Shown: one piece after another, positions 50,557 to 64,000 of the stretch
Layout of the letters: the number at the start of each line of letters is the position of its first letter
Position numbering within the stretch: the first letter of the stretch is position 1
The notes under the pieces: model-generated
What the model saw: only the letters and a program-made list of their open reading frames with translations
Database searches by the model: none
Told to the model about the DNA's origin: nothing
Assembly (NCBI GenBank): GCA_964016885.1
Contig: OZ024740.1
Location: 358,050,001 to 358,114,000 of the forward strand
Length of the DNA: 64,000 bases
Origin: Eledone cirrhosa
Lineage: Eukaryota
Direction of reading: 5' to 3'
Program-made: the position numbers and the translations under genes

Positions 50557-52692
50557 TTACCGTACTTTTCGTAGAGGAGGGGTGGTTTTTCCATCCCTTT
50601 TCACTTGATCATCTGGTGAAGGGACCGTTGAATCGTCCCTTCGGCTGGTCGTCGGCACTTCTATGAGTATGTCCGAATATACTCTTCGGTTGATAGTCCC
50701 TCCTAGGTCTCTGAAATCACCAATTGCGTTGGGGAATTTCGTTTTAATGTTTGTGTATTGTTTCTGTGCTATTTTTAGCAGTCTTATGTTAGTTGGCGTT
50801 TTGATTGGTGCTGGTATTATGTAGTCGTGTTGTGAAATGTCTGTGTGTTCAATTATGTAAGTCATTAGTTTCTTGTTGTGTGTATTTATTGTCGTGCATT
50901 TGTTTTTCTGGGGGTGGGGTGTGGTTCTGTTATTTTCTTGTCGTTGTTGCTGGGTGTGTGTGTTTTGTTGTTGTGTTTGCGATGTTGGTGCTTGTGGTGG
51001 TGGTGTTGAAGGTGTTGTTGTTGTTGGCGGTGGGGTTGTCGCCAGTGGTGATGGTGGTGCTAGTGTGGGTGGTGATGGTGTTGGTGGTGTTGCTGCTGTG
51101 AGTCTCTTTGCAGTAGCCTTTACCCTTTTTTCATTTCTTTCCTCCCTTTTCGAAGGCGACGATGCGCTGCTTCTGCGTTTGTGCCTTCTTACGACCTTTT
51201 GTCATCCCTCTCCCACCTCACACTCCATGTCTGATTCTGTGAGGGAGGGGAGGGGTACCAGCTCCACTCTTTCACTTGTTGTTGTTGGTGATGTTTGCAC
51301 TGGAGTCTCTGTTGCAGCTTTATTTGGTATTGCTGTTGTTGTTGTTAATACTTCCACTGCTGCTGCTGTTTTTGATTTCTGTGGCGTGGGTATGGGTGCC
51401 ATGGACCTATCGTTCCTGGTTGCCGCTTGTCCTGTTGCTGGTAACCGTGGAGCCGGTTTCGGAAGGAGGGGGGTTTTCTCCTTTCTCAGGGTCTTCTCGT
51501 TGCAGAAGGCCCTGAGATGAGTCTTCGATCCACAGCGAAAGCATTTCGGGCGTTTGCCCTCAACACTTATGGGCAGTTGAGTGCCGTTATCGAAGTCTAT
51601 CACATCCGGGATAGCTTCGATGCACTCCTGGTTGGTTTGGATTAACATCTCAATGGAGGTGCCGACCCAATCTTCTCTTACTTTTTTCTGTACTTGCAGT
51701 ACAGTTGTTTTGTCCTCGATTCCGACGAGGACAGACGCGGCCAGCCAAGAAGGGGCATCCGGGAGGACGTGGGTCAGTTTGACCCTCACAATTTTTTGCC
51801 CGCAGTAGGAGGGCACCAACACAATTTCCTCGCTCCTTGGGGTCACTAAGGATTGAGCCTTTGCCTCCTGGGGTGTGGCAAAAAGTACGTCTACGGTGGC
51901 ACATTTCTTGCCTCGGGTGATGTGCGTTTTCCGCTGCCACACAGACCCCAAGGCTTTTTGTATTTGAGCCTCTGTGGCTCTTTCAACCCTACGGGATTTT
52001 GTACTTACTGTACGGTACGTGACCGTACAGTGCTGTTGGGTTTCGAAAAGTTTTTCGGCTGCCTTGCAGATTGCTCGGTGTCCAGTTTTTGACACCATCT
52101 TCTTCGCTTCCTCTAATTCCTCATTTGTTATGAGGATGGTTTCCAGGTTCTTTGCGATACCTGCAAACGAGATTGGTTTTTCTTTGCTGCTGTTGTTGTT
52201 GTTGTTGTCGTCAGAGCTGCTGTTACTTTTGTTGTTGCTGCAGGTACTACGACTACTGCCGCTGCCGCTGTTGCTGTGGTTGTTGTTGTTGTTGCTGCTG
52301 CTGCTGCTGTTGTTGTTGCTGCTAATGCTGTTGTTGTTTATGCTGCTGCTGATGCTGTTGTTGTTTATGCTGCTGCTGTTGTTTTCCTTGTAACTGTTGC
52401 TGCTGATATTACGGCTGCTACTACTATTATTCCTGACGTCAGACGAATGAAATGGGTTTTCGTATTTCCCGCACACCTTTTTCGTCGTTGTCGTCGTCGT
52501 CGTGGAGAAATCTTGCTCGCTTTGCACGTGATTTTTCTTTTCTGGCGTCGCTTGTGAAAGAGAAGGGAGGGAGAGAGACACATTTAGAGAAGGGAGGGAG
52601 AGAGACAGTCTTCTCTCTGCTGTAGTGACGATTGAGGAAGAAGAAGACGGAATGAGTGGGAGTGACCTATGAAAATTCTTTTTCGTAGCCAT
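50557..52692 (-). pseudogene. LINE ORF1 (gag-like, CCHC knuckle), one internal TGA
   Basis: CFRCGSKTHLRAFC; ORFs 51202-52692 and 50557-50865 are in the same frame across EG*QKV; Asn/Ser-rich N-terminus and Thr/Pro-rich C-terminus. Confidence 0.88.
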
Positions 52693-52906
52693 GTTGTTTT
52701 TTGTTTAAAATAAATATTGGGCACAAAACCCCAATAAGCGGTTATTTAACCCCGAAGGGTCAAATAACGGGCAGAAAGACCCCTCTCACGAGGAGGAGGG
52801 TGTTTTTGTCTACAAGTTGGTTAAAGTTTTAAACAATTTACAATTGTTATAGCGGTCAAAATTTACAATACCTTACAGAGCCGAGCCTCCGTCAACCATA
52901 GCATTC

Positions 52907-52940
<34 letters not shown>

Positions 52941-54881
52941 TTTCCCATTGAGCAGAAAGGGTGTAAACGAGACTCATATCGCTGTAAGGATCAGCTTTTG
53001 GTTAACAAAATGATACTGGAAGATTGTCATAATAGACACAAAAATCTATCAATTGCTTGGATAGATTATAAAAAAGCATTCGATAGTTTGCCACACAGTT
53101 GGATTGAAAAATGTTTAGAGATTTTCAAAATATCTCCCGTTGTCAGGAGGTTTTTGTCATTCAGTATGAAGACATGGAAAACAACACTCCTTTTGAATAG
53201 TGAAACAAAATCACTGGAAGCTGGAGAAGTTAATATTAATTGTGGAATTTTTCAGGGTGACTCTTTATCACCGCTTTTATTCTGCATCGCACTTATACCA
53301 TTAAGTAAAATGCTCAATTAAACAAAACATGGATATAAAGTCTATGACAAAACCATTAATCACTTGTTCTACATGGATGACCTGAAACTATTTGCAAAAA
53401 ATGATGAACAATTGCAAGGGCTATTATCCACTGTGGAGCAGTTCAGTGATGACATTAAAATGGAGTTTGGACTAGATAAATGCGCCAAAGCAACGTTCAC
53501 CAGAGGAAAGCTGCTGAAAAATTCAGACATTAATCTTGATCGGGGGAATGTGATAAGAGAACTTGATCAAGAGGAAACTTACAAATATCTAGGTGTTTGT
53601 GAAGGAGACGGAATCAAGCACTCGACAATGAGGGAAAGGATAAGGAAGGAATGTTACCGCAGAGTAAGAGCAATCTTAAGAACGGAATTGAATGCAAGGA
53701 ATAGGATCGATGCCATAAACACGCTTGCCATACCAGTAGTAACCTACAGTTACAATGTCATCAACTGGTCAAGCACAGAGATCCGTAGGCTCGATACAAA
53801 AATTCGAAAATTCTTAACCATGCACAGAATGCATCACCCTAAGGCAGATACAGATAGAATATATCTCCCTAGGAAAGAAGGAGGACGTGGGTTAATCCAG
53901 TTAGACATTGCGTTGAAAACTGCAACAATTGCATTATCTACATATCTAAGGGAATCACATGATTGGATAATCAAATTCGTTTTGAAACACGAAAGCATCA
54001 AAAGATCATACTCCATTACAAAATATGTACAAAGATACAGTAATGGACTACAAATTTCAGAAGTCCCATTTACTGCTGAAATGGAAAACACAGAAAAAGC
54101 AAAGCAGGTAAAAGTAACTGCAAAGAAAGAACTGCTACAGAAACTGGCTAAGAAATGGCAAGAAAAGCCTCTGTATGGAAAATACCCAGAACGAGCTAAC
54201 AATCCTGATGTTGACAAAACTTTAACCCATCAGTGGTTGGCATCCTCTGGACTGAAATCGGAGACTGAAGGACTGATTATATCAGCACAAGATCAGTGTC
54301 TGCCAACAAAAAATTACCAAGCCAACATAATAAAAAATGGATGCAGCCCATTATGCCGTGTATGTAAAAAACAACCAGAGACCATTGACCATATAATTTC
54401 AATGCGCAGTCCTATAGCTCCAACCGAATACCTAAACAGGCATGACAGAGCTGCACAATACATACATTGGATAATGTGTAAGCATTTTGACCTGCCCCAT
54501 CAAAAGAATTGGTGGGAGAATCAACCACCTCCCATACTTGAAAAAGATCACATCTCAATCTTGTGGAACTTTAGCATCCAAACAGACCGAAAAATAGATG
54601 CAAATAGACCTGATATAATATTGAAGGACTTTAAAAAGAGGGTATGCCTGCTAATTGATATGTCCGTTCCAATAGACAAGAATGTATCTATAAAAACATT
54701 TGAAAAATTGAGCAAGTATAAGGACCTAGAGATAGAAATTGGAAAAATGTGGAAATTGAGAACTAAAACAATACCAGTGGTTTTAGGCGCTCTAGGAATG
54801 ATACCTAAGGGGTCTAATGATTACTTATCGCAAATCCTAATGGGAACTGCCCATATACTAAGGAAGATTCTGTCAATATAA
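52941..54881 (+). pseudogene. RT and restriction-like endonuclease ORF (R4/Dong clade)
   Basis: [55 protein letters not shown]; in-frame TAA at 53319. Confidence 0.93.
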
Positions 54882-55025
54882 GTACATCACAAGTCTATAC
54901 ACCTAAAGATGCATGTGTGAGTATGTATGTTCTTTCTTGAACATGGCGGACCTTGTTGTCTCTTGAGGTTACTGGTTGTGACTTGGTGATAACTCGTATG
55001 AACATAAAGCAAGATAAATGCAGCT

Positions 55026-55026
<1 letters not shown>
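52941..55026 (+). mobile_element. 5'-truncated R4/Dong-type LINE in (TAA)n
   Basis: RT plus REL ORF and a short 3'UTR; (TAA)n at 52907-52940 and 55027-55077. Confidence 0.92.
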
Positions 55027-55077
<51 letters not shown>

Positions 55078-55079
<2 letters not shown>

Positions 55080-55154
55080 TAATTGTTTCTACTTTTGGCA
55101 CAAGGCCAGCAATTATCCCAGTGTATTACTGGTACTTTATTTTATCGACCCCGT
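55078..55154 (-). mobile_element. 5'-truncated SINE family 1 in (TAA)n
   Basis: Tail half only; (TAA)n on both sides. Confidence 0.85.
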
Positions 55155-55212
55155 AAATAATAATAATAATATAAAACAAGGACAAGTGGTTACTCCTTCA
55201 TTACGTTTATTG

Positions 55213-55300
55213 GTTGGCGACGCGCGTTTCGCCACCGATCAGCTCAAGGTTCGATCTGTATCGATTTAGCCCGACTCTGTAATCAATGGCTCGTAGGACC
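55213..55300 (-). ncRNA. degenerate hammerhead motif
   Basis: Core damaged (CCUACGA); 11-bp stem II GCCAUUGAUUA/UGAUCGGUGGC; GAA-ACGCGCGU-C; AAUAAA just downstream. Confidence 0.5.
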
Positions 55301-55326
55301 TCTTTGGTGGTGATGGCAGAATGAAT

Positions 55327-56417
<1,091 letters not shown>

Positions 56418-56445
56418 TAACTCGTGTGCCTCCTCTCCACATTTT

Positions 56446-56477
<32 letters not shown>

Positions 56478-57149
56478 TATAACAAAGGAAATGTTGTAAG
56501 GAACCAGATGGACCATAACGCACCAGAGTACTCAATACTTAGGGTAATATATATTTGTGAAATGGGTGGTGGTTGAAATTCAGTTGTGCACGGTTAAATG
56601 ATAGTAGACGTGGTCGGACGGACATGAACATTTACACACCTATGTAAAAAGTGCCAAGGAAGCAAATAGACGAGGTTTCAAATCTCTAACTTGAAAAATG
56701 TGGTCCCTGGGGCCCCAAAACGGTCTATTTACTATCGCGTTCAGTGAGTTATTTCCCCCTGTTCTAATACTTTTGTCTTATTTACAATTTCATACAAATA
56801 AAGCAGTAAATAAAGGATTATGAGTTCATGCAATTGACTTATGTTTCGTCACTATATATATATATATATATAATATGAAAACGCTTTAATAAAAAAAATA
56901 TCAACTGTAATGCATGTATTTATGTGTTTATATGACCGGGCATATGCAAGTAAATCTTACTTTGTGGACAGCTGCCCTTTAGCATAATATTCATGCTAGA
57001 ACAGCATATATTTGAAAGTTTTCAGGGAGTTGAATTACTGATTTGGGATCGGCAGCTTTAGCTTTGAAAAAATGAAATGTGCAGTGTAAACATTTTTTTA
57101 TTATTCCTCCGGGGATGAATCTTCTCTGCCTTTTTCCATCTCTTTCTTT

Positions 57150-57336
57150 CTCTCTGGAAGAAATCAGCCGTAGTAAGACCTAAAAAAATGGTTAGATACA
57201 CCATGACGCACCGTGTATCACGGTGGAGTTGAAAAGCAGACTCAGAACATGGCGTTGTGTGGGGGTGGTTCGCAGCCCAATGTTCCAGGGGGAGCAAAAG
57301 AAGAAGAAGAAGAAGAAGAAGAAGAAGAAGAAGAAG
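57150..57336 (+). mobile_element. possible RTE-type 3' tip with (GAA)n tail
   Basis: ..WRCV..AAQCS-like end, then GCCCAATGTTCCAGGGGGAGC and (AAG)n. Confidence 0.35.
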
Positions 57337-57449
57337 GGGTGAGCTGGAGTCCTATCAAATATGTAGGTTGTGGCTTAAATTGAAGGTTTAGTAGAAACAA
57401 TTCATGTATAGTTTTGTACTCTTCTTTTTGTCATTCATATATAAACAAA

Positions 57450-58474
57450 TCTACTATATAAATTGGAAGTGGTCGGACGTTGTATATGTAGGTGTAGTCG
57501 GATAAACGTCGAAAATTTACACAGTTATGCAGAATGACCCGAGGAGGCGTTAGGTCGACTTTCAAGCTACAAGCTTCGATGGTTACGGAGAAAATCGATG
57601 AAACAGGAATTTCCCATTCAAATTGAACTGAGAGTAATCTGTGAATATTTCGAGAAACGTTGTAACCGAACGAAAACAGGAAGACGATATTTTGGTTCGT
57701 GAAGACGTTGCCTGGTAATGAACGGGAAAAAAGCGAGGATAATACGTCGTTATGTGGATCGTGAAGAACAATTTCATGCAAAGACAAGACCAAGTTTATG
57801 GTATAAATGGAGTCGTTAGACTAATATTCTATTTAAAATAACAGAATGATTTCCAGCCCCGGAGTTTAAGAATGATATAAATAAAATTGAAAACGAAAAT
57901 GACAGAGGTTATTAAAATAGTAAAAGTAAATAGTGAAGATTTAGGCCAGTACATACGTATGCCCCGACGGACATACACATACATACGCACACACAAATAC
58001 ATACCCCCCCCCCACGAACGCACGCGCGTATGTATAAACCTTATGCATTTCTATAGTATTTTCACCAAACTTAAGACATAGGTTACTTATGTACTCCGGA
58101 TGGTCATGGGCACTGTCATTTTTCCAGATATTGATTATAGGGCCCCCCGGCAGATAACCCCTTTAACCACTTTAACCACTTCCTTGGAGTCGAATGAAGC
58201 ACTGCAGTGCAATGCAACAAAACGTCATAACTTCTGGAGTTTGCAACCGATTTTCACAAAACTTGACACATGGGCTACGTTTGTCCTACAGATGAATGTG
58301 AACTCTCAGAATTGGCACATATTGGATAGGGGACCCCTGGGGGCGGGAACCCCCTTTTGGAAAAAGCCGATGATTTTGTAAAAGTATAGTTTTCGAAGCA
58401 GCACTGAAGTATTGACATAAATGGTATACACAACTGCTATTTAATATCCGAGCAACGCCGGGTACCTCTGCTAG
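57450..58474 (+). mobile_element. non-autonomous Helitron
   Basis: A|TCTACTATATAAA start; CCGAGCAACGCCGGG hairpin and CTAG|T end matching the 18769 terminus. Confidence 0.85.
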
Positions 58475-59712
58475 TATATATATATTAGACAATGTAGCTC
58501 CTGATACACACACACACAAATAGTAATGGTGACGGTTTGAACATCACAGGCTACAAGTTTGTTCGATCGGGTCTGTTCGACGAGGCAATAACAAAACAGT
58601 CACTGGAAAGGCATGAATACCGTATCCTTTCCCTCCCTGCTACATACACGCGTTTAAAAAAGAATGAAAATCCATGACGATGTAAGAATTGTCTGTTCGT
58701 AGTTCTATAAAGATTATGTCTTATTTATTCAGTGTTCACCACACACCTTGCGTGATATTGTCAACATCTTACTAACTTGTCTCTATAGCATCCTGTTACT
58801 AACTCACCTAACTACTAGCCTCCGTTTGTTGACATATACGCTATTCGTGAGTTCTCTGACATCTGTGTAATGTCTCGCGATGTCTCGTGCTCATTACATT
58901 ACATTCACACCACCTACACACACTGACACATCCACACATTCTCTCTCTGTCTCTGTCTCTTTCCCTCTCTCCATTACTTTTTCTTTCGTGTGTATGCAAA
59001 AATTGTAAAAAGTAAATACGAACGGTATGGCTTGTTTGTAGAAAATTAGATGTGCATATCATTATTATTATTTTTCTAAAGGTTAAAAATCACTATTAAA
59101 GTAAAGCGCTAGACTTTAATGGTCATATAGTATGTAGTTACTGTTAAGCTGAAATGCTGATAAAATATACATTGCATTTCACCTTTCTTGTGTTGATAAC
59201 AAGCGGCAAATTAAAGAAGCGTAAAGATGTCGGACGAAATAACCTGCGGTATTTATTGCAACTCTTTGAGTTTTGAGTTCAAATCCCGCCAAGGTCAACT
59301 TAGCTTTTCATCCTTCCGTTATTGATGTAAAAATGTACTAGTTTGGGGCGTTGAACTCGCAGATTAGTTAGAACGTCGGATAAAATGCCTTTAGAGGAAT
59401 CCACTCTGCTGCAAGCATCCCGTCTAAGTCTCCTATCTTTTGCATTCTTATGGACCCTAAAAATGTTTATGTACACTACATAGTGATAAAAAATGTACTG
59501 GCGCCTGTTTAATCGACTACACACCTCTTCAAAATATGTGGATTTATGATGTTACATCGACCCTAAAACGTAACTGACACTCTATTGTATTTACTCCGAG
59601 CTATGTAGTTGCAAACTCATTAGGACACGGGATTACATATGTTGATATTTCCTCACATTCCTTTAGGTTCGAGGAGGTTTGCTTTCTCTTTTCATTCTTC
59701 TGAGGTCAGTAA

Positions 59713-59907
59713 CAGACCCACCAACTCTCCTCGTTCGACAGGGAGATCTCCCACCCACTTTGGGGTGGGTGAGAGATGTCTTCTCTTGTGAACATTGGTA
59801 TAGCTTTCATTATGTAAAATCTCCCCACTTTGCCTTATTTCTCTCCGTTTTGGGACATCTTTTTTCCTGGTACTCCCCGTTCGGGCTTTTAGCGGTTGAC
59901 AGGTCTG
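59713..59907. mobile_element. MITE family A copy 3
   Basis: CAGACCCACCAAC ... GTTGACAGGTCTG; flanks CAGTAA/CAGTAG. Confidence 0.8.
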
Positions 59908-60237
59908 CAGTAGCATTACTTGTTTTCGGTTAAAATCGATTAAACCCCTCCTCAAAAATATCCGACATTGTGCCATTGCTAGAATTTACTATTTTACTTA
60001 CATCCATTGTTGTACATTGTATGTTTATCAGAATAGAGTTTGCTCTGCCGATATTGATGCTAATTCATGCAAAGACCAAGCACTTGTATTTTCGAATGCA
60101 TTTTGCACCTTTTCACTTACACCTTATTTATTGATGTCAAGGAAAGGTGGTAGATTGTCAGAATTGGTCGTCTGTTAATCCCCAAAATGTGTGCGCATGT
60201 GTGTAATCTTTTTTGTTTCGTTATTTGAATCCATTTA

Positions 60238-60432
60238 GGGCGGTGGATTGGCAGGTGTATTAGAACACCTGAGAGAATGCGCTCTGAGTTCCTATCCTGC
60301 CAAGGTCAACTTTGCCTTTCGTCCTTCTGGTGTCGATAAAATAAAGTACCAACCTATTACTGAGGTCGATATAATCGACCTATCACCTTTCCCTCAAATT
60401 GCTAGTCTTGTGGCTAAATTATAAACCATTAT
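60238..60432 (+). mobile_element. SINE family 1, long variant
   Basis: GGCGGTGGATTGGCAG head; tail CTTGTGGCTAAATTATAAACCATTATT. Confidence 0.85.
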
Positions 60433-61599
60433 TTAAATCCTTTTGATAAGGGGACGATTCCTAACATGTAAACAAAATACCATTGCTGAAACCTACATAA
60501 AACATATGAGAAAGAGATACATGTTGAACGTTAAAAACATTTTGCTATGTTCCCTTTACATACTATAATTGTAAAGAACATGTTATATTGTCACCTTTGA
60601 TTAAAACACCAGTTTAGGCACTTACTATAATATGGGTAGAGAATCTATAAGTTTCAAAGTGGCAGTCTGCTGATATTCTCTCTCTCTCTCTCTCTTTCCT
60701 TTTTTTTTTTTTTTGCTGATTTTGATATGAATGTTCACGTCTTCAGATCAGTTGATTTCTATAACTGTTTAAAATCTTTCTTTTTTTTTCACAAAATAAA
60801 CTATGATAGACCTGTTAAGTTAGTGTCTGGCGGGAGTTTTGATGGGAATATTCCATCAATATTGTGCTGTATGTATATATGGATCTATAACTCCTGATGG
60901 AGTCGTGTGGGCACCGTTGTAACATACTACAGCGAGTCGTGGACTTTTTAAAAACTGGTGAAACCGGTCGCCTCTTCAAATTTGAACATTTTGTGTTGAG
61001 ACATGTTTATACTCATAAAATGTGCTTCTTTATATTCATTTTAAGGCAGTCATTCCTACGGATGACATTCAGCACCGGATTAAGATCTTTTCAGGCTCTA
61101 AGCAATTAAAAAATTATGGTACCCACCATATATAAAGTCTGCAAATGTCAAATGCATTTAATTTGAAAACAATGGTGTTTCCTCTTCCATTGGTGTCCCA
61201 AAAATGTGTTTATTTTGCTTAATGGTTAATCTAGCCCTGATAAGATTGTATATTGTCTTAGCAACTACAACATGAAGTAAGCAGTACGTTCATGACATGT
61301 TTGGGCAGCTGCCGGTCATATGTGTAACATTTATTAAAATGTGACAAAATAGACACACTATGTCGTCTCCTGGAAGTTTAAGTGCTTCGCTGTCTTTTTT
61401 ATCTATTAGGTATTTTGTAGCTCTTGGATTGCGAAAGCATAACGTTCAAAATATGATGAAAAGTAACAGTGACGAGTTAGAAGACGTATACATTTCCTGT
61501 TAAAACTAATATCATTCTCAAATTTACTGCAGAAATGAGTAATTTTCTTCCAAGTCTTTGTTGATATATTCTAGCCTAGCAATCCTACTCTTACATAAA

Positions 61600-61850
61600 G
61601 CACCAACAGGAAATAGGGGATTCTTAAACTGCAGATTTTTGTTCTGTTCACCTTTGGACAATTGGCTGATGTATTTATTTTTGCTGAGGTTGTGTAGCAG
61701 ACGTTGTGTGAGTGATGATACATGGCACTCAAACGCTGTCTGCAAAGACCGTAAGCCCATTTCCAGCGCGTTTCTTGTAATGAATGTGTGTATCTATGTA
61801 TAATATTAACATTTTGTACTGCCTCTTCGCTTCCACGTTGTTTTTTTGTT
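61600..61850 (-). pseudogene. possible Dong-type LINE relic
   Basis: ITRNALEMGLRSLQTAFECHVSSL resembles the post-RT PRKEGGRGL..SL segment. Confidence 0.35.
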
Positions 61851-62254
61851 TTTTGTTTACTGCTTCAACTATAATACATACATACATACATACATACATA
61901 CATACATACATACATACATACATACATACATACATACACTAACCAAATTTAAATGTTTAAGACCTTTATTAATTAACAATTGTTTCTTCATAGAAGAATA
62001 TACATTTAACAGCAAATTATTTTATTCAGCAATTTGCTATTAGACAGCACAGACCCTAGGAATCATCAGGGTTTATTAAAATCGTAAACGATTAATAAAG
62101 AACAGACATTTGAGGATCATGGATAACATGAAATTACGTATCCAACTACATAGCAGGCCCACAGAACAAGGTTTCAAATGTGTTACAACGACTAAATGTT
62201 TTTTGAAAGAACAGTAACTTTCCGATTATGAATTCAATGCAATATTCATGCCAC

Positions 62255-62765
62255 ATTCATCCACTGTGGTCTCCCCACACAAAACAAAGTGTTATGAAGA
62301 TTGAAGCACCTCAAATGTCAATCACAAAAAAAATAGACGATATGATTAGAAAAGCTCAAACTCTATTCCCTCCAACGCCGCCGTGAGCGCTACATTATCT
62401 GCATGGTGTGGAAGATATACCATCAGCATTGCCCACATGATGTTGGCATCATTTTAAAAGTATACCAAAGGCTTGAGTCCCGTGCTATCAAAAATCAAAA
62501 ATCAAACTCACATCTCATAACAACTTTACGGCACAATTATTTTACCCCAATTGGTCCCGCTCTCTTTAACATTATACCAAAACACATTAAAACAGAAACA
62601 GACGCCATAAAGCTCAAAGAAATCCGGGATAAATCTCCTACACTCGGATATGTCTCTACTTGAGTGGCGCTTGGTTTTCAAATCCTGAGATGAAATAATT
62701 CACCAGGTGGTGCGATTAAGTTAGACATGGCCTGAGCCAATACTGACTAAAACATACCAAAGTTA
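62255..62765 (+). pseudogene. CR1-type LINE 3' relic
   Basis: WSPHK..KIEAPQ..ITKKI..KLKLYSLQRRRERYIICMVWKIY. Confidence 0.75.
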
Positions 62766-62785
62766 TCAAAATTATATGTATATAT

Positions 62786-62854
<69 letters not shown>

Positions 62855-62947
62855 TTAGTTAAGCAAAACAAGACCATAAATTTCACAAGGAAGACATTAT
62901 TAAAAGATTGTCAACATATTTTAGTTTGATGTAAGGAATGTAGAGAA

Positions 62948-63141
62948 TAATAATTGTTTCTACTTTTGGCACAAGGCCAGCAATTATCCCAGTGCATTAC
63001 TGGTACTTTAATTTATCGACTCCGTAAGGATGAAAGGCAAAATTAACCTAGGCGGGATTTGAACTCAGAATGGCAAGGGCCGTAACTCTATGCATCAAAG
63101 CATGGCGTCCAACCCTCTACCGATACTGCCAATTCACCGCC
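62948..63141 (-). mobile_element. SINE family 1, short variant
   Basis: Perfect TSD AATGTAGAGAATAATAAT. Confidence 0.92.
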
Positions 63142-63311
63142 TAATGTAGAGAATAATAATAATAATATTAATAATAATAATGTCCGTTTACAATTGTTGC
63201 GCTACTCCATATAATATTTCTGGTTCAAATGACTATATATCATTATTGATCTGGTTCAGTTGAAAATAATTAACTTAGGTAAAATTAGAGCAGCTCATCG
63301 GAACTTCAAAG

Positions 63312-63522
63312 GAATATAAATTAAAATAAGGAAAGAATGTTACATGAATGTAATGTTCCATATATTGGTATTTCATTGTGGTGTCCTGGGTATATCTATT
63401 GTCTGCCATAGTCTAGTAGTATTCTTCTGTCGAGGCTGCATTGTGTGAGATCTTCCTATGGGTAACAATATATGGAACATTACATTCATGTAACATTCTT
63501 TCCTTATTTTAATTTATAATTC
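63312..63522. mobile_element. foldback MITE with ~58-bp TIR
   Basis: GAATATAAATTAAAATAAGGAAAGAATGTTACATGAATGTAATGTTCCATATATTG and its reverse complement; AAAG on both sides. Confidence 0.7.
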
Positions 63523-63582
63523 AAAGAGGGCTCGATAAGGATAAATATATATCAAATATATAAGAACCGTAGAGCAAATATT

Positions 63583-63798
63583 TATTAAAATAACAGATTA
63601 AAGTTTAAACAAAGAATCGCTGCTTTCACCCTTAACGGGATCTTCTGAAACTAAAAAAGTCAATCTGTGAAAGCAGAAGTAAATATTGCAACGTTTTTTG
63701 AAATATTTACTTCTGCGATCACAGATTGACTTTTTCAGTTTCAGAATATCCCGTTAAGGGTGAAAGCAGCGATTCTTTGCTTAAACTTTAATCTATTA

Positions 63799-63806
<8 letters not shown>
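63583..63806. repeat. ~109-bp-arm palindrome related to Helitron internal sequence
   Basis: Arms separated by about 6 nt; the right arm matches 18348-18432 and 18540-18605. Confidence 0.88.
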
Positions 63807-63877
<71 letters not shown>

Positions 63878-64000
63878 GTATATATATACATACATATATG
63901 AATATATATATACATGGTATGTTCCCGTAACTCCTGATATAGTCGCAGGGGCGCCGTATTGACTTACACCGTTTCTTGGGCATTTGAAGTCTGGCAGTAC

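Larger units (their letters stand above)
46850..52906 (-). mobile_element. near full-length Tx1/L1-type LINE (~6.06 kb)
   Basis: 5'UTR, ORF1, ORF2 and a 3'UTR ending AATAAAGAAATC; (TTA)n on both sides. Confidence 0.95.

Noticed and set aside
48117-52557. Plus-strand ORFs overlapping the Tx1 LINE
   Set aside because: Antisense frames of GC-rich or repeat-rich coding sequence, with no independent evidence.

Overview
AT-rich eukaryotic DNA dense in repeats and microsatellites. The dominant SINE and the LINE mix look like an octopod cephalopod, recognised from memory and not verified. I cannot support any host protein-coding exon; nearly all short ORFs are read-throughs of microsatellites or antisense frames of transposons. 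Recognisable content: (1) a near full-length Tx1/L1-type LINE (46850-52906, minus) plus three truncated copies; (2) a 5'-truncated R4/Dong-type LINE (52941-55026) and smaller relics; (3) RTE, CR1 and two Penelope-like relics; (4) a long-TIR DDE transposon (10941-13414), a hAT Charlie/Buster relic carrying a 40-bp minisatellite, two non-autonomous Helitrons and several MITEs; (5) about 20 copies of one tRNA-derived SINE; (6) several large palindromes. The most interesting signal is a set of about eight type I hammerhead ribozyme motifs, several with intact cores, palindromic stem III and long stem II. They sit in short non-coding elements at (TA)n tracts. The second is a 3' terminus shared by the abundant SINE and the microsatellite-associated Tx1 LINE, which suggests a SINE/LINE partner pair.
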